Assembly (NCBI GenBank): GCA_019057475.1 | Contig: DXJO01000010.1 | Span: 384,001 to 448,000 of the forward strand | Direction: 5' to 3' | DNA length: 64,000 bases | DNA from: Candidatus Thorarchaeota archaeon | GTDB lineage: Archaea > Asgardarchaeota > Thorarchaeia > Thorarchaeales > Thorarchaeaceae | Shown here: positions 1-9,739 of the stretch, piece after piece | Position numbering within the stretch: position 1 is the stretch's first letter | How the letters are laid out: the number at the start of each line of letters is the position of its first letter | Notes under the pieces: model-generated | What the model was told of the DNA's origin: nothing | Database searches by the model: none | Seen by the model: the letters and a program-made list of their open reading frames with translations, nothing else | Program-made: the position numbers and the translations under genes

Positions 1-896
1 TCACTCCTGCGTCCTGGAGTCGCAATCACTCGATATCTCAAGCCTATCCCATTCATTGAGGGAATGAATCTCTCCGTGAGAAGGGTTTCTACATCTCTGG
101 TGACGCGTCGTGCAAGCTTTCCGCCCGAGCCCAAGAGCTTCTTAACTAGCGGCATTGTGATTCTGACGGGCTTCTGAGCATTGGCAAGGTGTAGAGTTAT
201 CATCCTGACATAATCCGAGTTGAGGGCATTAACTCTACTTCTGAACCTGTTGAGAAAACCAGTCCACTTGGAGGCAGTGGCTCCGTCAGCCCTCAGTGTT
301 AATGTCTGCCACTCTGTCAGGTGTTTAGCATCCTTCGTCTTCCTGCGAACGATCTCGATCCATGATATGGGCGTGCGAGCTCTCATCGCCACCATCTGGA
401 TGGTGAGGAGGGCCGATGTGAGGTAGTCGAGCCCATCATAGAATCCCTGCCACTTGTTAGGGTGTGGCAAATCACCACTGACTATCCTTGACATCGCATA
501 TACGAAAGATTCCCTGATTTGACTATCCTGAGGGAAACTCCCGGCCTCATCTGGAAGCAGGGATGTAATCTGTTCAAGCAGAGTGTCACCATCAGGATTC
601 TTGTAGTGGACCGCTGAAGACTTCTTGTACGCTAAGGCGTCATTGAGCTGTTCATTTCCTACCGCGCTATCGGGTAACGGGACTAGGCCGAGGGCGGCTT
701 CAAAGACACTGGGTCTAAGAGTGGGCGGTGTCTTGTGACCGAGCATCCGAGCTGCGATATCGCGGAGTATGCCCTCATCATCGTACCTGTAAAGGTCGGG
801 GGCCGCAGCTCTTCTTAACCAGGCGGCGTCAACCTTGGTGTCGAACCTCAGTGTGACTAGCTCCATCGGGACCTTTGGAATCAACGATATAAGCAT
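1..896 (-). CDS. Hypothetical protein, partial (runs off the left edge); not in the supplied ORF track
   Basis: Manual translation from ATG at 896 (MLISLIPKVPMELVTLRFDTK...) is stop-free for 298 codons to the window edge. The end (…ERFIPSMNGIGLRY…) resembles the P-x-x-x-GL linker of Lrp/AsnC-like proteins, also seen in 9740-11731. Confidence 0.75.
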   Translation of the reverse strand, partial: MLISLIPKVPMELVTLRFDTKVDAAWLRRAAAPDLYRYDDEGILRDIAARMLGHKTPPTLRPSVFEAALGLVPLPDSAVGNEQLNDALAYKKSSAVHYKNPDGDTLLEQITSLLPDEAGSFPQDSQIRESFVYAMSRIVSGDLPHPNKWQGFYDGLDYLTSALLTIQMVAMRARTPISWIEIVRRKTKDAKHLTEWQTLTLRADGATASKWTGFLNRFRSRVNALNSDYVRMITLHLANAQKPVRITMPLVKKLLGSGGKLARRVTRDVETLLTERFIPSMNGIGLRYRVIATPGRRS

Positions 897-936
897 CTCC
901 CAATGCGTGCATGAGGCCAAGGGAAAGATTCACGAT

Positions 937-1103
937 AGGGTACAGATTTTAACGGTACACGAGTAGAATCTCCCCTCATAGACCCTATTCCACCAATATC
1001 TCCCATCTTACAGACCATTAAGTATTCTAACAGCACAATACAGGTTTTAAGCACGCATTCGGGACTATCCTATCCTAGAGCCCCCTCTCCAATAGTCTAA
1101 GTA
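937..1103. promoter_or_regulatory. Multipartite conserved cis element, copy 1 (divergent intergenic region)
   Basis: AGGGTACAGATTTTAACGGTACA (937-959), GTATTCTAA-N5-CAATA (1022-1040), CTATCC (1065) and AAGTA (1099) all recur at the same offset (+12459) in 13396-13562. Confidence 0.7.
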
Positions 1104-1154
1104 TATTGTGTTCATCCCTACTGCAAGGATAACCTACGTTGAGAGGGTGAAGGA

Positions 1155-1754
1155 ATGCAGATTGACCTGCCGGCAGCACTGTTTGCAAATCTAGTGTTCT
1201 CTGTCAAGATTGCACCTGGGATACTGGCAATTGTGACAGTCGTCAGAGGACTGATACTCCTAAGTGGACAGAAGCGAGAGTTCGAGGACTGGACACGCAA
1301 CTCACTGATGTCAGCCCTATCGATCATATTCCTCCCCGGCACGCTAGCCTACATCGGGATAAGGTACACAGTAAGCAGAGCCTTTGGCATAGATGTGGAG
1401 AACATCGGCGGCTCGACAACCTATGGGGAGATCAACCTCTTCCTGAAGGTGGAACGTCCACCTCGGGTAGTGATTGTGCTATCTGCCCTGTACATGATAG
1501 TGGTGATGTCGGTGTTTGTTGCACTATCGCTGATTCTCCTGCCAGCGTTACTGTTCTTCCAGAACATGCCGGTTGTGCTGTTCTGTTGGTACGTGGCGAT
1601 AGGCGTTCTTTTCAACATCTCATTGAGGAGCGGGGATGTTTCACTTGTGGTCGCATCCCTACGCAGAAGGCCGCGTGCTGGTGCACTTGAGTTCATCGCT
1701 GTGATGGTGGCGCTTGTCCTTCTCTATACGCAGGTTGTGGGGGTGCTCGTTTGA
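1155..1754 (+). CDS. Multi-pass membrane protein, possible degenerate M50/zincin-like peptidase homologue
   Basis: 199 aa with about 5 hydrophobic helices. FLPGTLAYIGIRY…FGIDV sits where LPG-x-x-x-HExxH…LG-x-x-V is expected. GAGGGTGA SD-like sequence upstream. Confidence 0.7.
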   Translation: MQIDLPAALFANLVFSVKIAPGILAIVTVVRGLILLSGQKREFEDWTRNSLMSALSIIFLPGTLAYIGIRYTVSRAFGIDVENIGGSTTYGEINLFLKVERPPRVVIVLSALYMIVVMSVFVALSLILLPALLFFQNMPVVLFCWYVAIGVLFNISLRSGDVSLVVASLRRRPRAGALEFIAVMVALVLLYTQVVGVLV

Positions 1755-1762
1755 GCAGCAAT

Positions 1763-1881
1763 AAAAAAGTCCCTGGCTCGGATCACAGGTCTTGGTGTTT
1801 GCCCTATTTATTCCAAGACCTATCTCTGCACGGAATACCCCCTTCTTTCCGAGCCAAGGACACCTCTTTCGCTCAGGAGGT
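1763..1881. ncRNA. Putative structured RNA / cis-regulatory element
   Basis: Outer stem 1769-1782/1848-1861 (13/14 Watson-Crick), inner stem 1787-1795/1813-1821 (9/9), an A6 tract at 1763-1768, and a hairpin at 1862-1881 that includes the GGAGG SD. Confidence 0.55.
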
Positions 1882-1890
1882 AGTTGGTAG

Positions 1891-4800
1891 ATGAAAAGCA
1901 GGAATAGATTGACCCTACTTGTTGTATTCGGACTTATGTTGCTATCTTCAATGCCACTCCTCGCAACCTTGCACTCATCGCTTGAGCCACCGGGCGGACA
2001 GACAGCGACTCGACTCGAGAATTCATTCACACGGTCAGCAGACTCCGGTGTACTTGTACAGCTGGGCTCCTACGTTGTGGTTAGTCTTCCTGGCGCAGCT
2101 ATCCCTGACAGGGGTGGAGAGATTGAGAGTCTGTTGGCATCCTTTGGGGTTCATACTCTGTTGACCACAGTCAGCGATACGCTCAGCGACCCCGAAGTGA
2201 TTGAGAGTGCTCAGGTCGTTGTACTAGATGCTAGCCTTGGTTCTGAGGACGGGAGTTCTGTGCCATCGGAGTTCGTTACACTTCTTCTAAGGTACGATAG
2301 ACCCATTGTTATGATCGGGCGTGCGGCCTGGTTATTGCATAGACTTAGAGGGCTAGGTTCCCCCTCGCAGACCGCTTCCATCAACACCCTTCTGCAGACA
2401 TCCGTGGGTCACGAGGGAGCGGTCTTTCTTTCTTTGCCTGAGAGCCTTACACTGGGAGCTAGTCTCACATCTGAAACTGGGTTGCTGCTTCCAAATAACA
2501 GGGTGCAGACCGAGCGTTCAAGGCTAGAGGACCTGACAGGCAGAGGAGTGTCTATTCAGCTTGCGCCGCTAAGACATGACGCATGGCCTCTTGATACATT
2601 TCTCTTCGGACCCGAGAACCCATCCCTTCTGACTAATGACGGTAGAGGACTACTACTGAACACGCTTGCCTATGCCACAGCGATAGGTGAGTCACCTACA
2701 TCGCAGATGCTGATTGACTCACAGACTGCTGATGGTGAGTTACTTGCAGGCGGTTTCCATTACCAACATGAGTCGATAGTGGAATTCACGTACTACGCAG
2801 TACACTCCATGAGATCAGTGCTCGACGCAACCGCTTGGACACAATGGAGGATTGATCATCAACCGAAGGTGCAGAGCATCCTATCCACCCTATACGTTGA
2901 AACCAGCTCAGACGCTTGTTTCATGGACTCTGCATCAGGAGCCAAGGTAAACCTCAAGACGACTGCTTGGGGGCTCTGGTTAGTGGAGGTCATGGGCTTG
3001 ACATCACAGTTCACAGCATCAAAGCTTGTAGCCAATCTAAGTAGTGGGCAGGGTGTATCCGGTGATTTTGATGATGACATGACATCAGCATTCTTCGTGA
3101 CGCAGGCATTGTTTGAAGCTGGTGAGCTGTCAGCCATCAACACAGGCACCCTTGAATCTTGGCTCAGGGACTGCGTTGTGACGGGAGGAGATGCTCCCTC
3201 CAACCCTGAGTATTGGGGTGGGGTATCGAAGAACCCATCGAGCATCATCCCGAGGAACTCCTACTCCGCACAGTATGCGCTGACCCTAGAGATGCTTGGA
3301 GAGTCACACCACGACCCCAACAAATTGACCGAGTGGATCAATGAGGATTCATCCAACGGTGACGGCTCGTTCAATGATGTTGTGGGACAAAGCTTTGAGA
3401 CCATCACAGGAACGTCCTCCGCTCTCACCACACTCTCAGTTCTGGGAACACTCAGTATCCCCAACAGAACTGCTGGGCTAGCATGGATATCATTCAACCA
3501 GCTGGATTCTGGTGGGTATGGAATGCGCGACAAGGCTTTGGATATCGTTGCCAAGTCACGAGAAACCCAGAGAGTCGCGCTGTGTCTGGAAGAGTTGGGA
3601 GAAACCGGCGGTGACATTGTCGATGGTGTATCAGATTACTTCGCACTTGTGGAAACCGACATGGGGTTCGAAACCATGGAGCCCATCCCGACCCTGATGT
3701 GGAGCTACTGGGTCACCGATATCGTAAGGCTTTCTCATGGCACGATTAACCACGAGCAAGCCATTGACTACTTGGAGTCCTTTGATGAATGGCGAATGTA
3801 TCCCTTCTGGAGCAACATGACCACATATGCAGGGGCAGAGTACAAATCCACACAATACAGGACCAAGAGTGTTTGGTCACAATTCTTTGGAGTAGGGCTT
3901 GCTAAGTCTTTGAGTGTGCAGCTCTCAGCTGGCATGGTGTCCGGAACATCCAACTACATCAATCAGGCACAGGACTCATCAGGTCACTACCGGAACGCTC
4001 CTCTGAGCGGAAGCCCGCACATGCAGTACAGTGTGGCTGCCGTTGAGGCGCTGTATCTCATTGATGAACTTGACACGATCGCTTACAGGACTCAGCTAGA
4101 GTCCGCATTACTATCGGAATACTCCTCCGGGCAATGGTCCACAGACGGATGGACCTTGATGCCTTTTGCAGGTCAGCAGTCGGCGATAGACCAGCTGTGC
4201 ACGAGGGCAGCATTCCGACTTGGTCTGATAGATGCCACAATGGCGTCAGAGATTGCCAGCAACATAGAGGCGAGGATTCAGTACGCTGATCTGGGAGCAC
4301 TGAGTCATGACGTAGCTACTCTTTCTCTTCTCAATTCCTCGTTCTCTATTAGCGTGAGTTCCATTGACCGTAGTATTGTACTTGGTGCCCTCGGGTCTTC
4401 ACCTTTCCCTGATGGTTGGTTCAACTCTACTGACCTTTGGCAGCCTGCTCTCACAGCAGGAGTCTTGGAGATGATATCCTCTCTGGGATTGAGGACCCTT
4501 CTCTATGACGCATCAGGAGGTTCAATATCAGCCGCTGTCCAGTCAATACCGGAAGTAGGACAAATTCTGAGTTTCGATGTTGTCATCACCTCATCTCTCG
4601 CTACACACACTGTCTATGTGCAAGCTTTTGGCGAGTGGGTGCGTTTTGACGACATTGCTAACACGGACACTCTGGAGGTCCCGGTCCCGAATGACGAGTC
4701 AGATCTTGGCCCTGCAAACGTGTCAGTAATGTTATGGGATTGGGGTGCATCCAGAGCCTTTGACAGCGTCACAACGCAGGTGAGTGGCACACTTCAGGGA

Positions 4801-7800
4801 GCTCTTAACATTGAAACCCCAACAGTGTTTCTGAACGAGCGTGTCAACGGCACGGTGACATGGTCACTCACCAGCGGTGCAGACGCAGGGCTCACTGAAA
4901 TTGTAATCAGACTTGGCGACCCACCCACGTATCAAGAGTGGACTTACAACGATGTGAGTCCATTCCACTTCTCTGTGCCCACAACGGGCTTCGACACAGG
5001 GATGTACAACCTCACAGTCACTCTGAACAGAGAGTACTGCGATGCGCTCCTCTTGCGTGAAGAAGTAGCGGTAGCATCTCCTGACCCAACCTATATGCTG
5101 GCACCAGCAGCACTCTCCGGCGATGTAGGACAAGTACTGGTCATTGACTGGTCCTTGCACTTTTGGGAGAACGATAGCCTGATTCCAGGACAGCTCGTGT
5201 CACTGGAGGTCAGGGATGACACCGAATCCATTGTCCACACAGACACCGCCATCTCGACAACAAACCTTGGTCATTTCCACTGGACGCCGTCAATGAGGGG
5301 CGTCTTCACGTTCAAGGTGGTGTTCGAGCGTAACGGGACTCTTGAGTCCTCTGAGGCATCAGGACTGGCAAACGTGTTTGAGGACACGGTCCTTGAATGG
5401 GTTGATCCAGGGACAATCAATCAATACACCACGGTATCCATTTCTGTACAGCTGAGAACGGGAACAGGAGAGCCTCTGGCAGGACAGTCGGTCCACATCA
5501 CCATAACAGCACCCTCGTCTTCAATCCTACTGGATGCCACGTTCATGACCAACAGTACAGGTCATGTACAGGTCACATTCACATTGAACGAGAACGGAAT
5601 CTATTCCCTCAAAGCCTCGTTCACGGGTCAAGGGTTCCTGAAGGCCACCGAAACAACAAACAATCTCACATCGTGGTCCGATAGTACACTCACACTGGGA
5701 GGAGTGCCTGTTGAAGGATTGACAGAGGAGTCATGGAACTTTTGGGCCCTTCTTGAGGACGCTACGCCGCTCCCCCTTGAAGGAGAGTCAGTAATAATGA
5801 GGGTCATTTTGTTACCCTCGACAGTAGTATTCGAGCAAACTCTGAGCACCAACGCAACAGGCTATGTGTCAGTCACGTGGTCGACCAGTACGGCAGGCTC
5901 CTATCTGGTAGAGTCTGAGTACGAAGGTACCATTTCGAGACAGGTGCAATTCGATTCATCCCCCCTCGATGTAAGAATCTCAGTCAGTCTTAGTATCGAA
6001 ATCTCGTCGGACCCAGAGGTGAGCGTGTCCGGCTGGGTGCGGATCTACGCCGAGGGGAGCTGGGGTTCACCTGTAGTCGGGCTGGTTGTGATGCTGGCAA
6101 TCAGGGACCCCGCTGATTTCGTGGTCTTTGAAGAGACAATCCTCACGGGGGGCTCTGGTTACGCTAACTTCTCGTGGGTCCCATCAGTGAGAGGACTGAA
6201 TACTATAGCCGCCACGTCCGACAGACAGGCATGGTTTGAGGCGTCTGAGGTGAACACTACCACGGGAGTGATGGAACAACCGACTATAGCCATAGACATT
6301 GACGAGCTCCTTGCGCCCGCTAACAGCTTTCTGACGGTATCTGTTATCGATTCATCATTGATCGGAGCATCAGGGGTTACGGTGCGCACAATTGTGACGC
6401 TGAACGATGCTACTATACTTGACGTGACGAATGTGACTGCAGGGGACGGTATAATTATTCTGAATCTGCAGCTGACAGAGCCAGGAAACCTCGGCATTGC
6501 GGTGAGCATGTCTGAACGGGGTTGGTTCTTAGCTCAGGCCAACAGCACGGCTTACTCGATTCACGGTTTAACGCAGATATCTGTGAGCGCACATCCGCAG
6601 CCAGTAGATCAAGGAACGACATATCCCGTCAAGGCTACACTGATTGGCTGGGACGGACAGCCCATGGTTGGTGCCCTTGTCACGATATCCGTAAGCTGGA
6701 CCAATGGAATATTGGTGGACTCCGCAACCCTTTCAACTGGGGTTGATGGAACTTGCACTCTAGGTCATATCTTCAATTCAGTGGGCGACTTCATTCTCAA
6801 TGCGACTTATGTCGGAACCGGGCTCAACTGCACGGCCATGGACACCGAGGTACAGAGGGTTCGCATAACACCGTCCCTCACGCTCACTCATGATCCCACA
6901 AGCCTTCTGGGGGATGATGTTCAGGTCCTATGCGGAGTCTATGATGCGTTTGGTCAGTACGTGACAGGTCGGACTCTCACTCTGTCCATTATGATGGACA
7001 GTATACTAGTCTTTGAAACCCAGTTCATCTCTGGCAGCGAGCTATCAATGGTCCTCTGGACGCCGACGGAGAGGGGCCTTGCGACCATTACTCTTACACA
7101 CACAGGAGATGCGTTCTACTTAGGCAACTCAACGATTTCTACAATGTCCATTCTGGAACATGTAAGCGGTACACTTGAAATAGACCCAGCACCGATTGAT
7201 GTTTTTCAAACAACCACTCTCACTTACACACTAGGATCCACAACCAGCCTCTTGGGAATTGAGATAGTCTTCGAGGTTCTCGGTATCGATCTTGTGCCAG
7301 TGTGGGCTGTGTCTGCATTCACCAACATCTCGGGAGTCGTGGAGGTTCAGTACATTGCCGATGACATGCATGGTGTCCTGATGGCTCAGGCTGGGCCGTC
7401 AGAAGACCAGTTCCTCGTGGGTGGAGATGTACAGGAACAGCTGGTCGCGATTACACAGTGTCATACTACCACAGAGTTCACTCCTCCGCCAGCTTCCGTG
7501 GGGAGCACCGTGAATATCACAATCAACGCAGTGGATGACCTTGGCAATGCAATAGACGGGCTCTCGGTGCAGGTCACGCTCTTCAACCCCTATGGCCAAC
7601 CCATCAAGCTGGGCGTCTGGTCGAACTCCATCACGATCACTCTGGAGGATGGTGTAGCCTATGTGGAGTTCACACCTGAGTACTCTGGACTGTACACAGT
7701 CTACCTTGACTCATCAGGTTCCGTGTCAGTGCACTCCTTCCATCAGGAGAGCTTTCACACTGTCCACACCCCGACCTTCCTAGACTTCTTGGACACTCCC

Positions 7801-9717
7801 TCGGAGATGGAGGTTGGCGAGTTCTTTGACGTTTCTGTGCTACTCTCTGACCACGCAGGCCAACCACTCATTGGCATGGATGTGATGCTATTACTGGAGG
7901 GTCCGGGAGGAGCGATAATCGGCCCCGTGGACCTCACAACGGATGAGAACGGACTAGTCTTCTGGAACGCTGTGCTTGACGATGCAGGTCCTTGGCAGCT
8001 CACCGCGCAGTTCGATGGTCTTGGAGTGTATCTAGCGGCTCAGGCAGTCCATGACATTGACGTGCGCGTAGCCACATTGGTTGAAGTGGTCTTGCTGGAC
8101 ACTGGCGATATAATTGCAGGAGTGAAGCCTGTATGCACAACTGTGCTTCTGACGGACTCTCAGGGGACTCCTCTTGAGGGACAGACGATACGCTACGAGG
8201 TCTACCACGAAGCATACGGACTGGTGGAGTCGGGTAGATTCATCCAGTTCGGTCACGATCCTGAGTCGTTCAACATCACTCTGGTCCGAGGGGGGAATCA
8301 TACCCTTGTGTTCGTGTTCGATGGAACGGAAACCTATCACTCCTCAACCGCAGCAGGGAATGTGAGGGTGCTTGGCACGAGTAAAATCTCCGTCACCGGA
8401 CCGACCAGTGTGGACAAGTCCAATGACTCAAAGCTAGTCGTTGCTGTGCTGGATGAACTGGATAGCAGGTTGGTCCTTGCTGAGCTTGATGTATCGATCA
8501 CTATGGACGGTCCTGATGGCGCAGTTAACCTAACCGCGTTGGCTGATTGGCAGGAGTTTGAGGTACACATTCCTCTGTGGGCGCTCCCCGTGGGAGCTTA
8601 CACGTTGGACATCACTGTGCTGGAATCCTCCATGCGACTGGGGGATGCCTTTCTCTACATGCTCAATATGACGGCAGAAACCACCCTGATGACAGAGGTA
8701 GAAGACCTCAGCGGTCTTGTTGGCCATTCACACTCTATCACTCTAATGCTGGCTGATACACTGGGGGTCGGCGTTGATGCGGTGGATGTCTGGGTCAGTC
8801 TCTTCGCTCCTGACGGCAGGGAGGTCTATGGGAGCCCACTGACCTCACAGACGAGGGTTGACAGTATTCATGGATTGATTGCCGTTTCGTGGAATCCGTC
8901 AATGACCGGCAATTATGCTCTGGAGGTCTGGTTCGAGGGTGACGATTTCAGGGGTGCCTCATGGTTCACAGTGATTGTGTTAACGCGCCGTGCCACGGTG
9001 TTGGAGATGAACTTGCCTGATGAGGTTACATTCCCCGCAGAACCGCAGCTTATTCTGAGTCTTAAGTCTGGGTTTGCCAAGCTAGCGGATGCGGATGTTC
9101 ACCTGTCTATTATGCTTGGGAATGAAACAATCTGGACAACTGTTCTGGAAACTGACTTCAGCGGGAGGGCGCTGATTAGCCTCGAAAGCCTTCTTGCGGG
9201 CGAATACGTGGCACTACTTTCCTATCTGGGGTCTGAAGTATATGCACCCATCAGTGCCTTCGCAGAGCTCAGGATATTGCCTAGCGTAGCCATTGCAATA
9301 GTCACTGTAACAGACGCCTACATTGGCTTCAATTGTTCCATCGTATTTGGGGTCGGAGTGCAGGGTGTGCCGGAGAACTGGCAGGGGACCATGCAAATCA
9401 CGATATCCGATTCTAATGGCTCTATCATGGCGGTCACAGAAACGATTTCGTCCGCCTTCGAGCTGAGTCTGCCCTTTGTGCCTAGACTGGATGGCGTACA
9501 TGGGCTGAACTTCACAATCAGCGGACTTCCAGTTATTACGAATTTTACGGATTGCTTCAGTTTCTCTGTGGTCGACGCTCCCCTTGCACTGAAATTAGAC
9601 CTTGGTTTAGCGCCTCTTCTCGGTGGAAGTGGGGCTATTGGTGTCATCGGCTTTCTTGTCCGCAGGAAATTAGGTGCTATGATGGACAACCTCCCAACAG
9701 AGTGGGAGTCGACTTGA
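1891..9717 (+). CDS. Giant cell-surface protein: signal peptide, prenyltransferase/squalene-oxidase-like (alpha/alpha barrel) repeats, many Ig-like domains, C-terminal TM anchor
   Basis: 2608 aa. Hydrophobic N-terminus; repeats such as NGDGSF, QLDSGGYG, QDSSGHY; beta-rich repeats with T-N/D-x-x-G…G-x-Y; C-terminal GAIGVIGFLVRRK; AGGAGGT SD. Confidence 0.85.
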   Translation: MKSRNRLTLLVVFGLMLLSSMPLLATLHSSLEPPGGQTATRLENSFTRSADSGVLVQLGSYVVVSLPGAAIPDRGGEIESLLASFGVHTLLTTVSDTLSDPEVIESAQVVVLDASLGSEDGSSVPSEFVTLLLRYDRPIVMIGRAAWLLHRLRGLGSPSQTASINTLLQTSVGHEGAVFLSLPESLTLGASLTSETGLLLPNNRVQTERSRLEDLTGRGVSIQLAPLRHDAWPLDTFLFGPENPSLLTNDGRGLLLNTLAYATAIGESPTSQMLIDSQTADGELLAGGFHYQHESIVEFTYYAVHSMRSVLDATAWTQWRIDHQPKVQSILSTLYVETSSDACFMDSASGAKVNLKTTAWGLWLVEVMGLTSQFTASKLVANLSSGQGVSGDFDDDMTSAFFVTQALFEAGELSAINTGTLESWLRDCVVTGGDAPSNPEYWGGVSKNPSSIIPRNSYSAQYALTLEMLGESHHDPNKLTEWINEDSSNGDGSFNDVVGQSFETITGTSSALTTLSVLGTLSIPNRTAGLAWISFNQLDSGGYGMRDKALDIVAKSRETQRVALCLEELGETGGDIVDGVSDYFALVETDMGFETMEPIPTLMWSYWVTDIVRLSHGTINHEQAIDYLESFDEWRMYPFWSNMTTYAGAEYKSTQYRTKSVWSQFFGVGLAKSLSVQLSAGMVSGTSNYINQAQDSSGHYRNAPLSGSPHMQYSVAAVEALYLIDELDTIAYRTQLESALLSEYSSGQWSTDGWTLMPFAGQQSAIDQLCTRAAFRLGLIDATMASEIASNIEARIQYADLGALSHDVATLSLLNSSFSISVSSIDRSIVLGALGSSPFPDGWFNSTDLWQPALTAGVLEMISSLGLRTLLYDASGGSISAAVQSIPEVGQILSFDVVITSSLATHTVYVQAFGEWVRFDDIANTDTLEVPVPNDESDLGPANVSVMLWDWGASRAFDSVTTQVSGTLQGALNIETPTVFLNERVNGTVTWSLTSGADAGLTEIVIRLGDPPTYQEWTYNDVSPFHFSVPTTGFDTGMYNLTVTLNREYCDALLLREEVAVASPDPTYMLAPAALSGDVGQVLVIDWSLHFWENDSLIPGQLVSLEVRDDTESIVHTDTAISTTNLGHFHWTPSMRGVFTFKVVFERNGTLESSEASGLANVFEDTVLEWVDPGTINQYTTVSISVQLRTGTGEPLAGQSVHITITAPSSSILLDATFMTNSTGHVQVTFTLNENGIYSLKASFTGQGFLKATETTNNLTSWSDSTLTLGGVPVEGLTEESWNFWALLEDATPLPLEGESVIMRVILLPSTVVFEQTLSTNATGYVSVTWSTSTAGSYLVESEYEGTISRQVQFDSSPLDVRISVSLSIEISSDPEVSVSGWVRIYAEGSWGSPVVGLVVMLAIRDPADFVVFEETILTGGSGYANFSWVPSVRGLNTIAATSDRQAWFEASEVNTTTGVMEQPTIAIDIDELLAPANSFLTVSVIDSSLIGASGVTVRTIVTLNDATILDVTNVTAGDGIIILNLQLTEPGNLGIAVSMSERGWFLAQANSTAYSIHGLTQISVSAHPQPVDQGTTYPVKATLIGWDGQPMVGALVTISVSWTNGILVDSATLSTGVDGTCTLGHIFNSVGDFILNATYVGTGLNCTAMDTEVQRVRITPSLTLTHDPTSLLGDDVQVLCGVYDAFGQYVTGRTLTLSIMMDSILVFETQFISGSELSMVLWTPTERGLATITLTHTGDAFYLGNSTISTMSILEHVSGTLEIDPAPIDVFQTTTLTYTLGSTTSLLGIEIVFEVLGIDLVPVWAVSAFTNISGVVEVQYIADDMHGVLMAQAGPSEDQFLVGGDVQEQLVAITQCHTTTEFTPPPASVGSTVNITINAVDDLGNAIDGLSVQVTLFNPYGQPIKLGVWSNSITITLEDGVAYVEFTPEYSGLYTVYLDSSGSVSVHSFHQESFHTVHTPTFLDFLDTPSEMEVGEFFDVSVLLSDHAGQPLIGMDVMLLLEGPGGAIIGPVDLTTDENGLVFWNAVLDDAGPWQLTAQFDGLGVYLAAQAVHDIDVRVATLVEVVLLDTGDIIAGVKPVCTTVLLTDSQGTPLEGQTIRYEVYHEAYGLVESGRFIQFGHDPESFNITLVRGGNHTLVFVFDGTETYHSSTAAGNVRVLGTSKISVTGPTSVDKSNDSKLVVAVLDELDSRLVLAELDVSITMDGPDGAVNLTALADWQEFEVHIPLWALPVGAYTLDITVLESSMRLGDAFLYMLNMTAETTLMTEVEDLSGLVGHSHSITLMLADTLGVGVDAVDVWVSLFAPDGREVYGSPLTSQTRVDSIHGLIAVSWNPSMTGNYALEVWFEGDDFRGASWFTVIVLTRRATVLEMNLPDEVTFPAEPQLILSLKSGFAKLADADVHLSIMLGNETIWTTVLETDFSGRALISLESLLAGEYVALLSYLGSEVYAPISAFAELRILPSVAIAIVTVTDAYIGFNCSIVFGVGVQGVPENWQGTMQITISDSNGSIMAVTETISSAFELSLPFVPRLDGVHGLNFTISGLPVITNFTDCFSFSVVDAPLALKLDLGLAPLLGGSGAIGVIGFLVRRKLGAMMDNLPTEWEST

Positions 9718-9739
9718 TGAATGAGTGGCTGAGTGTTCT

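Noticed and set aside
117-131. CTTTCCGCCCGAGCC resembles CTTTCCGCCGAAGCC next to the mutase junction (possible att/target duplication)
   Set aside because: Only 13/15 identical, lies inside an intact ORF, and has no mutase 5' sequence beside it; compatible with chance.
960-1021. Spacer of element copy 1 weakly resembles the reverse complement of the copy 2 spacer (possible invertible segment)
   Set aside because: Only scattered 5-mers match (AGAAT, CATAG, CCACC), with no convincing flanking inverted repeats and no recombinase in view.
1769-1881. SECIS, hammerhead or cobalamin/c-di-GMP riboswitch identity for the structured element
   Set aside because: No tandem G-A core or associated in-frame UGA gene, CUGA-GC-GAAA is too short for a hammerhead core, and riboswitch consensus blocks are missing.
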